Of a stretch of 64,000 nucleotides of DNA, positions 41,297 through 54,800 are shown one piece after another. Made by a program: the position numbers and the translations under genes. The DNA is from Octopus vulgaris (lineage: Eukaryota): NCBI GenBank assembly GCA_951406725.2, contig OX597819.1:72726001-72790000 (forward strand), written 5' to 3'. Each line of letters begins with the position of its first letter. Position 1 is the stretch's first letter. Under the pieces are notes generated by a model. The model made no database searches. It saw only the letters and a list, made by a program, of their open reading frames with translations, and was not told where the DNA came from.

Positions 41297-41937
41297 TTAA
41301 AATTCATTTATTACAAAACAGTGAAATGGACCATGATTAACTATAAAAACACTTAGACATTTCATTCCTTTTCTTTTCTTTTTTTTCTTCATAAGATATC
41401 TTACTGGTTTCAATTTTTGGCATAAGTCTAGCAATTTTGGGGGATGGGGTAAGTCAATTACATCAACTCCAGTACTCAACAGGTACTTATTTTATCAACC
41501 CCAAAAGGATGGAAGGCAAAGTCAACCTTGGTGGAATTTGGGCGAAACACCACTAAACATTCCCCCCAGAATGCTAAAGATTCTGCCAGCTTGCCAACTT
41601 TAAGCAAGTTAATATTACAAATGACTTGAATAATTTCGCCCCTCCCACAAAAAAAAAACTGAAACAAAGAGTTGTGAAACTCAACTCCATCCCTCTTTCC
41701 TAAAGATCTAAAAAAGATTTTAATCAACTAAGTAAAATTGGTTGGTGCAATGACTTATTTTTTAAAATCCCTGGAGGGCTATTTTAACAGAAACAATAAT
41801 TTTTAATCCCCATCAGTTAAGAATTGCCATAAGAACTGAGATTCTTAATGAGAATTAGCAACTGTGTCAACTCTGCAGGAAGTGTGCAGCAAATATACCT
41901 AAAATATGTTATTCAACTTATGAAGTGATAATAACAT

Positions 41938-42303
41938 TTATTACCTCCACCTTAGCGAAAGCAGAGGTATTGTTTACAGTCATATTTGTTTGTCCGTGGA
42001 CAAGATATCTCAAGAACTGCTGGATGGAGTCAGATGAAACTTTCAGGGATGTTTGGCTTCATGACTGGCACAAACTGATTAGATTTTAGGATCAATCTGG
42101 TACCGGACAAGGATTCTGGATTATTTTTCCTGTTTTTTTTACTTAATTTTTGAGAGTGGTTGGGTACATTTTTAATATTCTTGTTTGTGAGAGCAGTTGT
42201 GTTTATTTCAGATATTCTCATTTTAAAAATCATCTCTGGCTAATCGTTGAGAAGATGTTGGTGTTGCCTCGGTGGAGGTTTGCACTCTCTGAATGCTCTT
42301 GTT
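41938..42303 (+). mobile_element. Helentron-associated non-autonomous element (HINE / DINE-1-like)
   Basis: Subterminal inverted repeats ACCTCCACC (41943-51) and GGTGGAGGT (42271-79). 3' hairpin GCACTCTCTGAATGC and end TCTTGTT. TT-rich insertion site. Internal TGTTTGTCCGT..CAAGATATCTCAAGAAC..GATGAAACTT core. Confidence 0.8.
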
Positions 42304-42307
42304 ACTG

Positions 42308-42341
<34 letters not shown>

Positions 42342-43584
42342 GGTGGCAGAAGTATTAGAGCATTGAACAAATCGCTTAAGGGCATTTCTTTGAGCTCTTT
42401 ACATTCTAAGTTGAAACGTTGTTTTTCATCGGTCAATAAAATGAAGCACTAATCAAAGTGCTGGGATCAATAAGTATTAAGCTCCGTCCCCAACTCTCAA
42501 AATTGCTGGCCTTGAGCCAAAATTTGAAACCATTATAAATGGCAGTGAACTGGCAGAATCCTTAATCTGCTAGCCAAAATACTTAGCAGCATTTCATCAT
42601 CTGAGTTCAAATGCTGCTGAGGTCAACTTTGCTTTTCACCCTTTCTAGGTCAATGAAATAAAGTACCAGTGTGAAGTACTGAGGTTGATGTAATTGATTA
42701 GCTCCTTTCCCCATAAGTTTCAGGCCTTGTGCCTACAGTAGAAAGGATTATTACTATTATTATTATTATACACCATGATCCCTTCCAATAAAAGACAAGA
42801 ATTTATTCCAATCATAACATGGTCTATAAGGAAGGTAAAAGATGATTAAATCTACAAGATTTGCATCAATAATTTCTGGGTAAGATTAAAAAACCCTGGA
42901 AGACCAGAATAAATAAGGACAGCATACTAAAGCTATAAATTTAACACCAAATTCCCCAAAAATGGGAACAGCAAGCACTTGATGCAAAAACCTTCTTACA
43001 TGATAGAACAACATTAATGGCAACATCTGAAAGGTAAAATAAATCATCACCTCGGATCACACTCTACCATTTTCTCAACAAAAGAACACATTCAATATTG
43101 TAATCTTGGGGTAACTCTAATCATAGGGTTACTTGATTAGGGCTCCAGTGACATAACAACAACAACCACAAAACATGGTAAATTAGCTGTAAACCCCAAA
43201 AACCTTAATTGGTACTACATTCATAAAGAACCATTTCAAAGGCAGTGATAATGAAAATGGTGGGCATCAATGGATGCATGAATCTAGCTAGAAGGCAAGT
43301 TCATTGGTAAAGCTTTCATGAAAGGTAACCAAGTGTAGCAGAGCAGGTGACAGCTTATGAGAATGTAATGATGTGTTCTTATAGTTAAAGAAATAAGACA
43401 AAAAAAAAAGAAAAAGGCCACAGATTTATTTGGCAAACTCAAGGCTAGTGGGATTTGAACTCAGATTATAAAACATGACATAAATAACAATACAGTGGAA
43501 AAGTGATTAAAAAAAACTAGGAGTGGAGCACTTGATCCTTTCATTTTACTAAATATATTTGATTTCATCATTATCACAGTTTAA

Positions 43585-43815
43585 CCCTTTTGATACCAAC
43601 GTGGCTGCAACTGCATCTGGCTCTGTTGTACAAATGTCTCGTTTTCATAAGTTCTGAATTAAAATCTTCCACCAAACCTTAGTCACAATTTATGTTCCTA
43701 ACACTAGCTTTCAACCATTCACGATAACTAAGTTATTTTAGTAAATTCTTTGTTATATTTAGAATTAATTGAAAGAAACGCAGAACATCTCAACAGAAAT
43801 ATGGTAACAAAAGGG
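43585..43815. mobile_element. piggyBac-like MITE (family 1) inserted in the TTAA of an RTE-type tail
   Basis: TTAA-CCCTTTTGATACC ... GGTAACAAAAGGG-TTAA. The flanks rejoin as CATCATT..GTTTAATGTTTGTTTTCCATGCTGG. Confidence 0.85.
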
Positions 43816-44657
43816 TTAATGTTTGTTTTCCATGCTGGAAGAGCAACTGATGAGTCAGCAGACTGTACCAAGCTCCAATGTCAGCTTTGGCATAGTTCCT
43901 ACAAGTGGAAACCCTCCCTAATGCCAACCACTCCATAGAGTGTATTGAGTGCTTTTTTTTTTCTCTTTCTTTTTGTGGACCCAGGGTTAGTGAAGTCACC
44001 AAGTAACTCATAAGGCGAAACCCTTTGAGTGAATGGGAGTGTAATATTCAAGGAGGTGGCTTTATAACAGATGATGAGAGATTCACAGGTTCCCTAGCTG
44101 GTGAGGGTGTACCCCACAAGGTACAAGGTGAATATAAAAGAGAATAGAGCTAGAGCACTGGTGGGTTTGTATTATTATAATCCTTATCCATGTCTTCAGA
44201 TCAGTTGTTTATCTCTAAATTAAATTATCTCCACTCTCACACTTTCTTTCACAAACTGGATTTGTAATTTTAAAGGAAATGCGACACAGACAAAAAATTT
44301 TTTTTTTTAATCTGCATTAATATTTTGTCATCCATGTTACAAAGTTTGTATAAATCTACTGATGCGTGTCATGTTGTTATAAACAGTGTAATGGCAGTTG
44401 TAGAAAAAAATCAGTTAGCTGGCAAGTATGATGCAATCAATGCTACAGGGTCAAAATGTAACCATCTGTGAAATAATGGGCTTTGTAAGGAAAGGACAGA
44501 ATGAGTGAGATTATAGTTAGGACAAACAGAAGAAAATGCCAAAACAAGTGACACCATGTCAGGTAGTAAAACAGAGAAGAATAAGTGAAAAGCCTGGGGG
44601 ACATGGTACATGACAAAAAACTAAGTAAGAAATAGGACAAAAAATAGCAGAGCAGAT

Positions 44658-44754
44658 GAAAGAGAAGATACAGAGACAGTGCTGAGCAAGTTGGAAAGAG
44701 AAGATACAGAGACAGTGCTGGGCAAATTGGAAAGAGTAGATATTGAAACAGTGC
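44658..44754. repeat. 36-bp tandem repeat, about 2.7 copies
   Basis: GAAAGAGAAGATACAGAGACAGTGCTG(A/G)GCAA(G/A)TTG is repeated. Confidence 0.85.
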
Positions 44755-45718
44755 AAATGCCATGTGAGGAGGTATAGTGCTACCTGCAAAGAGATGTAGC
44801 TGCATAAAATATGGGATAAGCAAGACGAAGTTGAGGGCTGGAACAAGGTAAACACCATGATGGATGAGAATAGAAACAGCAAATGCTAAAATGAAGGGAG
44901 GGAAACACATCCTATATTGGATGAGTTAGGATGAAACAATGGACAGAAGGAAAATACTGTGATGCGAAGAACAGTTCAAGTGCTGTAAGACAGAAATTCA
45001 ACAAGCACTGGAGTAAGTGTAGCTAGAAAGAGCAAATATTTAAATGAATTACATAGTGAAAATGTTGAGAATGAAGGGAAGGAAGAGGTGTTTACAATGT
45101 TTAAAAACAACATGAGTGTGCAGGAGTTTAAGAAAAATGAAAATCCACATGATAAGTTTAGATGTCACTTGCAAGCAAGTACATTCTGGTATCTTGTACT
45201 ATAGTTTCACTAATTTAAGGGCCTATGTAGTTGTAAGCTGACATGGACACCTCTACATACATCTCTATCCATTAACTCAGTGCAGCATCAAGGATGTAAT
45301 AGCTAGAGGGTAAGAGAGTTGCACCAACAACCAGGTGGCAATAATTTTCAGCTAGGACTGGAGCAATCTGAAATTATCTCCTTTACTCATAGACACAATA
45401 CGTCACCCAGTCCTAAAACCAAACCCTTGACTTTGTGATCCTGAGTCCCACATCTTAATCACCAGGCCACATACTTTCGCACTTTATAAAAATAAACAAT
45501 TATTGCAGTTAAAAATATCCGTGTAACAATATTTGTTTCAGGTGTTGGGTACACCTGTCAACAAATGTGGATGCAGTTTATTGCAATTTAAACTTTTATA
45601 TCATTCCTACCTTTTACACACTTTTGCCATTTATAAAACTTCTTTCTGAACAGACATCATACATTTTAAAATAAGACTTAAGTTTAGTATATCATAATTT
45701 CAGGATGTTTTACTTCAA

Positions 45719-46207
45719 GCCGTTTGATATCAAAATGCCCGAATCCAGCCCTGGTTTTATAATGCAAACTTCTGGTCTTAACCCCTTAGTATTTAAACCA
45801 GCCATATCTGGCCAAAATATTTTGTTTTATAGTCAAACTGACCAGATCTGGCTTCTCGCACTCACCCGACAATGACATTCTAAAAATAATTATTTCATTG
45901 AAATCTCAAACTACGATTAATTCAAAACAAAATGAATAAATAAGCATTATGTTTGACAGAGTAATTTAAATGCTAAAGCGTTAAAATGATCTAAATTATA
46001 ACCCTCCATCATCAAAACTGCAAGTTAATTTATGTTCCAAATACCAGATTAACAACATGAGTGTGCAGGAGTTTAAGAAAAATGAAGATACACATGATAA
46101 GTGACCAATTTAGTGAAGTAACTTCATTCACTAAATTGGTCACCCTTTTCATAATTAAATGCAACTCAATGTATTTGAATATGGTAAAAAGTATGGTAAC
46201 AAAAGGT
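45719..46207. mobile_element. Family 1 TTAA MITE with a family 2 MITE (45782-45980) nested at an internal TTAA
   Basis: The inner element is TTAA-CCCCTTAGTATTTAAA...TTTAAATGCTAAAGCG-TTAA. The outer sequence resumes in register with the family 1 consensus. Confidence 0.75.
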
Positions 46208-47115
46208 TTAATACCATAACAAGTGATAGTGATGTAATACTGGTTGAAAATAATCCTAATGATAAAGTCATGGTTGTTAGAAACTATAAAAGAAAAAAAA
46301 CCGCAAGTTATGTTAACTTTCTGGACTTTTAATGAAAATATAAGAAGGAAAAATAGATACAAAAGCAGTTGAAGAAATAAAGTTACTTGAAAAAAAATAA
46401 TCAAATTGGGTGAATAAAACTAATGTTCTATCTCTTCAGCCACCCCACATATGGTGGATATTAAAACATGCTTAATACATGTAATAAATGCTTGGCTACT
46501 TTCCTAAGTGTATGATGTTTAATGATCACCTCAAAATCTTATTCTAACCCGTTTAAAACTAAACCCTGCATCACTTAATAATATCTTATTAACTGTTTTT
46601 ATAAACATTAAATGAGAGAAGTAGTTAATGAGAGAGTGGGCAGTTAAGTTCATTGACAGATTGATTTAGCCAAGAGATTTTATCAACATATGTACAAACA
46701 CGTAAAGATAAGGTAACTTTCAGCTATTTATATCGAATTTATCTATCACAATTCTGTATTCAGAACAGGTGAAGTCAGCTTAATAGCTGTGTAATGAGAT
46801 TAAATAGTAAAACAATTTAAAACAGTTCCAAAGTTATGACTTATTATTGAGTAACAGAGCAGCAGTTGTTAGCTATGATGTTAGGGATAAGGTTAAGGTA
46901 CTTGTCTACAATTTGAAAAGTTGATTGCATACATCCAGCTGTCTGCAATCAAGATACTTAACTCTTGCTGCTTCAGCCCACTAGTAATAATAATAATAAA
47001 TAATAAATCAATGTGTCAAAGTGCCTGAATGAAAAAAAAAAAAGAAGTGCTATTGTCTTAATTTTAATATGAATTTATCCTTGATAAATTGAGAAATCAT
47101 TACATAGCTTTAGAA

Positions 47116-47350
47116 CAGTGTTTCTTAACCATTTTCTAACCAACATACTTCTTTAATTCTTGTTTTACTCTACTGGATCCCCTGTAACCATTTGATGTTT
47201 TAAAAAATCCCATTATATTCTTGTAATTAAATATTATTAGGAATTGTCTCAAAAATTGTTAAAATATTTTATGTATTGTAGAAGAATAACCAATTTGTGG
47301 CCCATAAATTTTAACAAAATGCTATATGGACCCCACAAGGGTCATTGGAT
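47116..47350. mobile_element. hAT MITE, right end lost
   Basis: Starts CAGTGTTTCTTAACC. The body is homologous to 59050-59307 and 27422-28025. Confidence 0.7.
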
Positions 47351-50024
47351 GATCACTACCAGATCAATGTACTCCATAAGACAAAGGCTTTGACTGGTGC
47401 TCCAAGTTACAGGACTGGAAACCCACCTGTGGAGGTGGAAGGTTAAAAACCCTGTAAGCTAATCACTATCAACAAAAGATAAAGGCTTTATGTTATTGGT
47501 TCATTGCGAGTTGGTGTGGAAGATGGTGAATCAGCTGGTGCTCAGAAAGTAATATCTACCAGGTGAAAAGATAATCAATTGAATGTAAAACTTGTGTGAA
47601 GTGATAAAACATCTCCATAATCAACAGGAAATCTCACAGATTCTTTAACTGTATTCTTATTAAACAATAAGAGGAGGGACTGAGGGTGGGGGTGAAAAGA
47701 ACAAGCGGAAGACAAGGGAAAAGTAGTAGAAGGGCAAACTGTAGGCTGCAGAGAGTTATTGATTTCAATGTTGTTCCCTAAATGTACTTGATGAAGGTAC
47801 CAGTCATAGCACATTTTTCTGCCCTCTCAGTTCTTCTTGGTTTTGCTTCAACATCAATATTGAGATCAGTTTTAATATTTCTAATAGTTTCACAGTTGAC
47901 ATCAATTTCAATATTTCTAAAGGTTTCATTCTCTTGGAAAATGGGTACATTCTTGGGTCACCTTCTCTCTTCCCTAAAAGTGACTTTTTGTCAGTGTAGT
48001 CTTTTCTATCTAACAACCTCTTCAACATCAAATGGACTGACGGGATCTTGACACAGCTAATCCTCGTCATGTGCTAACTAGTTTACAGGAGTGACTTCAC
48101 CAGCTTCCACAACACCTTTGATATGGTTATTTTCTCATGTCTTTTGACCCCAATTCAACAGCTATGGAACAGCATTTTCATGTTAAATTTATTGATCAAA
48201 AGGTTCTCAGATTACAATCCATTCTTCCAAATGGCCACTGAATTAGCTTACCATTTGATTTAAGTTCTTTCCATGAAGATATCAATCTCTTGTGACTCTT
48301 TCATTACAACATGAGAGAGATGAGGGGTGTTGATGTACATCAAAGTTCACATTAAACTCATAACCAAGTATAATTGTGGTTTGATCTAAAATAAAAATCA
48401 AACACAATTTACATGAAAGTTTTTATCACCTGCTCTTATGTCCAAACTTCTGGGGTGCTTTTTTTTAAAAAAAAAAAAAAAGATCAAACTTTTCTTTTAA
48501 AGATCAACAAATGGTATATTAGTTGTGATTACTAAGTTCTCAGTTGACAGTTTGTTTAACTGACCAAATTTTTGTCAATGAACTACATTCATTTGCAAGA
48601 ACCCTACATCCCAATAATATAGGTTCAAAAATTGATGACAAGATCAATGACATTTTCACCATCAACCCCAATTATTTCAGTTCCAATGCTAGATTGGTAA
48701 CCAAATTTTCCCACTATTCATAAGAATGTTTCAGAAACCATGATTTTAACAATGCACATTAAGGGACCTGGCTCCTAAGTTTGGACAAAAAGGTATTTAT
48801 CTCAAGGAAATTAATTCTTTGGGATAAACACAAATTCTTGATGGTTTTCCATGTCCTAAACAAAAGATTATCGTATTTTGCATTTATTCTAGTAATTTTC
48901 TGATTTTTCACCTTTCATTCTGTGAATCAAATTTAAGATTGGATTTCATTCATTGTTATTCAGAAAGATGTCAAATTTTCTTCACTAGGCCTTTGTTTCT
49001 TCCTGGCATAATTTTGGTTTCAAATTTTGGCACAAGGCCAGTAAGTTTTTTTGGGGGGGTAAGTTGATTACATTATTCTCAGTATTTAGCTGGTGCTTAT
49101 TTTATTGACCCCCCACCCAAAAAAAAACAAAAGATGAAAGCAAAGTCGACATTGGTAGAATTTAAACCCAGAATGCAAAGACAAATGAAATGCCACAAAG
49201 CATTTTGCCTGGCATGGTAACGGTTCTGCCAGCTCACTGCCTTCTTTCTGGCATATTATTCTCTCTTCTCTGCTTTTAATTACCCTTCTTCCTTCCAGCC
49301 TTACTCACCACAATTTCTCTCCCAACCATGTCATCCGGCTAACAAATACTTCATGTATTTTCTACTTTTTCTCTTTAGTTTAATGACATGTCACTTCCTA
49401 GACTTCCATGCTGCATCCAGTGTCCTAGAACCATGTTTTCAAAACTAACAAAAGCCCTAACAGATTACTAGAAAAGATTGGTAAAATATTCCCTCATTTC
49501 AAGCTATCACTGTAATCATTCTCACATAGTTCCTTTAGATGGGTAGCAACACGAGCCCCCACCACCACCACCACCACCATAAGTTTACATGCAAGAAACT
49601 TATGTTGGAGAGGAGGCAAAGGGAAAGATAATTCTTCAAAATGTCACCATAGAAATTTTTTTATAACCAAAACTGAAGACGGTATTATGCAATGAAATAT
49701 GTGTGGACAATTAAAGCTGGCACCAATGACTTTACGAGTCCCCTATTCCATACAATGATACAACACTAATGATAGTAGCAGTGTTGACACAACAATTTAT
49801 TTGATGGGGGAAAAATTTAACAAGAATCTCTGAAAAGTAAAATAAGTATTCTAACAAGAAACAAATAATTAAAACATTACATTTTAATTGACTGCAAAAA
49901 TACATCATCCATCCAATTTCTCTGCCTACTATTCCCAAGAGGGTCATGGGGTTAGGGTCCTATCAAAAGCTCACATTAAATAGATTTGACAAATGCTACA
50001 AGACAGGGATGGGAATAAGTGTTG

Positions 50025-50235
50025 CAAACAGCACTGAGATAGATGGAGACGTTTAAATATCTAGGTGCCATATTCAAAAGTGATAGGAGGCAGGAGGCTT
50101 GATTGGATGCTAAAAGATCTCGGAGGTGGCACAGTAATGCACCAGTTTGAGCATCCGATCCTCAGAAGACAAGAGGTTGCTAAAGGAGCCAAACTTTCAT
50201 GCTTATCTTCACCTATGGTCATGAATGTTGGGTAA
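50025..50235 (+). mobile_element. Fragment of a second RTE family (Expander/Rex3-like, no PHD insert visible)
   Basis: METFKYLGAIFKSDRRQEA...VMHQFEHPILRRQEVAKGAKLS...TYGHECW matches the RTE post-RT pattern EEFKYLG..F.S.GR...KAKLS...LTYGHE.W. Confidence 0.75.
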
Positions 50236-50249
50236 AAAAAAAATAACAA

Positions 50250-50284
<35 letters not shown>

Positions 50285-50285
<1 letters not shown>

Positions 50286-50615
50286 TCATAGCTGTAACCT
50301 ATACCAGCATCACATAACCATCCCACTCAAAAGTACCTTGGATTGTAGGGCGACATGCCGTACCTGAGGAGACCTATTGAGTCAAGTACATCAAAATCAA
50401 ATCAAATGGAAATTGTAGTTGTGACCCTTGTGCTGGTGGCACGTAAAAAGCACCCACTGCACTCATAGAGTGGTTGGCATTAGGAAGGGTGTCCAGCTGG
50501 AGAAACACTGCCAGATCAGATTGGGGTCTGGTGCAGCCTCCTGACTTCCCAGACCCCAGTTAAACTATCCAACCCATGCTAGCATGAAAAATAGACGTTA
50601 AATGATGATGATGAT
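50285..50615 (+). mobile_element. RTE LINE 3' UTR (related subfamily) next to (TA)n
   Basis: GAGACCTATTGAGTCAAGT..CAAAATCAAATCAAATGGAAATTGTAG matches 19290-19370. Ends in (GAT)n. Confidence 0.8.
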
Positions 50616-51347
50616 TTATTGAAGTACATCAGATTTGTATATCATGAAGGAAAACTAATAAGTACATGACAAGGGTAAGACAACACACACACACTTCAAA
50701 GTAGAAATCTGTCTGTGCCCATATATGTAAGAATCCACATGTGCAAGTTTGTCTCTAGTAGATAAAACTCGGAGACAAATAACCATGCAAATTTAAACGA
50801 AGGAGAAGGGCAGTGCCGGTGTGTCTATTGGCCTGCATTAACAGGGGTGGGTGGGAAAGAAGCAGGGTTTAGAAGGCATTAATATCTAGGTCACAGCTAG
50901 ACATTCAGTTACTATAGCAACAGCCAATATGCATTAACAATCACCATTTGTGTCAAAATATAACAGTGTAGTTATTATGGAAGGAGAAAATAGGAAATAT
51001 TATATTTTATTTTACTAGTTGTTATTAAATTCTGAAATACTCCATTCAACCCTTACTTCCATTTATTTGCATAGCCTTTGATGAAGAGGAGGAAGCTGAT
51101 GATGATGAGCAACAATGATAGTGATTTTTTTTTTTCTTCTTTTGGCTAGGCAGAAGGCCAATTTTTGCAGAGAAGTGATATAAATTTGATTGATTTGGTA
51201 CGAGTATATCACTGGTTCCTAGATTATTGGCAATGGAAAAACACAAAAGTTGCTAGCATTGGAGTAAGACCATTTTACAGTTAGCACCAACTCACCTGTC
51301 ATCAACAACAAGAAGAATGATAATTTCTTTTATATAATTATCATTAT

Positions 51348-51850
51348 TAAGGTGGGAGCTGACAGAATCGTTAGCACACCAGACAAAATGCTGCAAAACA
51401 TTTTGTCTGTCTTTATGTTCCAAGTTCAAATTCCACCAAGGTCGACTTTGCCTTTCATCCTCTTGGGATCAATAAAATAAGTACCAACTGAATACCAGGG
51501 CCAATGTAATCGACTTACCCCTCTCCTGAAATTGCTGGCCTTGTGCCAAAATTTGTGATTATTATTATTATTATTATTATTATGTTACATTAAGATGGCA
51601 AGCTGTCAGAATTGTAAGATCATAAGACAGAAAAAAATTATCATTCTTGAGCTGACAGAATTGTTAGCATGCTGGGCAAAATGCTTTGTGGCATTTCATC
51701 CGTCACGACATTCAGAGTTCAAATTCCGCCAAAGTCAACTATTCCTCTCATTCATTCAGGGTCAATAAAATAAGTGCCAGTAATCAACTTAACCCCTTCC
51801 CCCGAACTTACTGACCTTGTGCCAAAATTTGAAACCATTATTATTATTAT
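51348..51850 (+). mobile_element. Tandem family A SINEs separated by (ATT)n
   Basis: Two full cores and one partial head. Confidence 0.8.
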
Positions 51851-54800
51851 TAACTGCATAGGAAGGCCTTGTGTTTTGGAGTGGGTATATAATTTAATTA
51901 ATCAACCTCCATAGTTAGTTAGTTGGCTGGTGCCTTTTGCTACTCTGGAAACGAAGTGCAGAGTAGACCTCTGTGGAATTTGAACTCACAACATCCCCAT
52001 AACTAAATTCTCTGCAAAGTATTTAGTCCAACACTGCCATTTTTCACCACATGCATTATTATTGTCATTTGAGGGAAGGGGGACATATAAACAATTGAAT
52101 AATTCAATATATGAATGTATATATATATATATCACAAATCTTGTCGGACTGCCAACACACACATACACACACTCGTGCATATGTGTGTGTGCGCGTGCTT
52201 GTTTCTATTTACCTAATAACTAGATTTCACTATGAGAGAGAGGGAAGTGTACGTATTGATTTTTTTTTTTTTTTTATCTAGCCTGCTTGCATGCCATAGC
52301 TACAACTACAGTCCATTAGCAACAAACAACTAGATCACTGATTCAAATTTTGATGGCTAACCAGTGATTCTCTGAGCTTCTTCAGCACACAAACACACAC
52401 TTGTCCGCTTAGTGTTGTCATCATACCTGTGTATGCAAGGAGGAAGGAATAATTGTGGAAATCCATCCATTAAATTTTTTGAAATGCTTTTTCTTATATG
52501 CAACCACATGTGTGTGCATGTACACATATAGACACACAATTCTGGTTGGATACCAACAAAATCTACAGAACAAACAACAATTAACAAAATGTATCTAGGG
52601 ACTAGATTATCCAATAAGCTCATCACTCTTTAACTTCAGTGCTGGTGCCATGTAAAATAAAAAGCACACAGTATTCTCTGTGAAGTGGTTGGCATTAGGA
52701 AGGGCATCCAGCCATAGAAACCATGCCAAAACAAACAGAGCCTGGGGTGGTCACAGCCTTACCAGCTCTGATCAAACCATCCAACCCGTGCCACCATGGA
52801 AAATGGACCTTAAATGATGATGATGGCTAGGCAACCATGTATGGGTTCTTTCAATAATTTCAACAAATGCACATTTATGGAGATTCTGTCATAAATCCAT
52901 TCTTACAGAAAGTGTCTCATGTGTAAGCAAAAAGAATAATCACAATTTTGCTTTTTATCACTTCAGAATCGTTAAAATGTATACCAATCAGGTATTGGGG
53001 TTTATTAAATCAGTTAGACCCCCTTCTCATACAACAAATGTGCGTTCTTCTACCAAAGTTACAAGTCAGTTATTACTTTGTAATCATTTTGATGCTCTCA
53101 CCCCAGTACAAAAGCCATCTGAGCCATTAAAGGTACATACACTGAGTCATTAAGGGTAAATATACAACCTGAAGTTACATATTCCCTCTGAGCCATACTA
53201 TCTGAACCAATGAGATATACCTACTACCCAGGTCAGGGTACATCTACCACTGAAGTCATTAAGATACACACATCCAAGTCATCCTGTAAAGGAGTGTATT
53301 TAAGGTTTTAAGACATTCCTTGGAATCATAAATGGAAGTAAAAGAGTTCTTCAATTTCTATTACTCAATTCAACATTGAAACCCCTATTTACAAAACCAG
53401 ATTTTTACATCAATAGTTCACATTTCTTGATGCATTGATATAGAGGTCTTTGGAAGGCTAACATGCCTTTGCCCCACTGAGATGCTATCACCATTGGGAA
53501 ACCCACAGCAATCAGTGTATACAGCCTGACAACTTATTGTTGTAACCTAGTTTCTATGTTGTTGTTGTTGTTATGGTGTCAAGCTGACAGAATTGTGAGG
53601 ATGCCAGACAAAATGCTAAGCAGTGCTTAGCAGCATTTCTTCTGGCATTCTCCAAGTTCAAATGTCACTAATTAGTTGTGGATTGGCTGAATCAGTAAAG
53701 CATTGCAATAATTGTTCTGATTCATTACATTCCAACTCCACTTTGCCTTCCTTCCTTTCAAGGTTGATCAAGTCAAACAATGGAGTTAGTTTTATTGACC
53801 AATTCCCCTTCCCTGATATTTCAGACCTTGCTGTTTATATTAGAAACAATCATAATTGTTATCATAGAGCAGAAGCTAATTAGCCAGAGCAACAATTTCC
53901 AGAGGAACAGTTCAATGTCTTAGTAATGCGAGTTCAAAATCAGAGAGAGACTAATTCTGTACCCCTTCCCTTAAGGAGTAAAAAAAAAAGTAAAGCCCCC
54001 CCCCTGGGCATTACTGTCTACAAGCCCAAAGACTCATAGGAGCAGTCACCAAGCTTTGAAGAAATGTGTGTGTGTGACCAAAATCACAACATAGCCTCCT
54101 GAATGGGGTGCCAGTCCATTGCAGAGTTACTCGTTTGCAGTTGAGTGAACTGGGGTAACATGAAATGAAGTATTTTGCTCAAGAGCACAACACACCACTT
54201 GGTTCGTTTCATGATCAAGAGTGCAGCCCAACCACAAGGCTCTCTCAGATGTAACAAAAGCAAACAATGTGATGGCTATAAATCATTTTAAAGTTTTGTG
54301 TGTTCAATACATCCTTTTTTCATTCTTTTTTGAAGAGTTGTGAGGTTCGTGGAAGGAAGACATGAAACTGAAAATATCTACTCTGTTCTTAAAAATACTA
54401 AGTAAAAAAAAAAAAAAACGAAGGCAATACAGGCAATATTTTGTAATCATGTTTTGTATGAGTTACACATCAATGTCCAGACTTAATGAAAATCAGATCA
54501 TGACTATATAGAAATTATTGTCTCTTCAATACATTTTCTGAGACTGAAGGGAAAATCCAGTTTTTGCGTACCAAAGGTTCATTAAACAAAAAAGAATGAA
54601 TTGACTGTCAGGTAAAAAAAAACTTGCTTCCCAACCACATGGTTCTGGGTTCAGTATTACAGCATGGTACCTTGGGTGTGTCTTCTACTATAAGCCTCAG
54701 GCCAACCAAAGCCTTGGGAGTGGGTTTGGTAGACAAAAGCTGAAAAAAGCCTATTGTGCATGCATGTGTGTGTTTAATTTGTCCCCCACCACTGCTTGAC

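Noticed and set aside
44400-45100. Purine-rich region with long minus-strand ORFs, possibly a decayed retroelement
   Set aside because: The ORFs reflect base composition and no diagnostic motif could be supported.
47350-48420. Possible old LINE or other TE remnant (also 42770-43340)
   Set aside because: It looks like decayed coding DNA, but I could not identify reliable motifs without a search.
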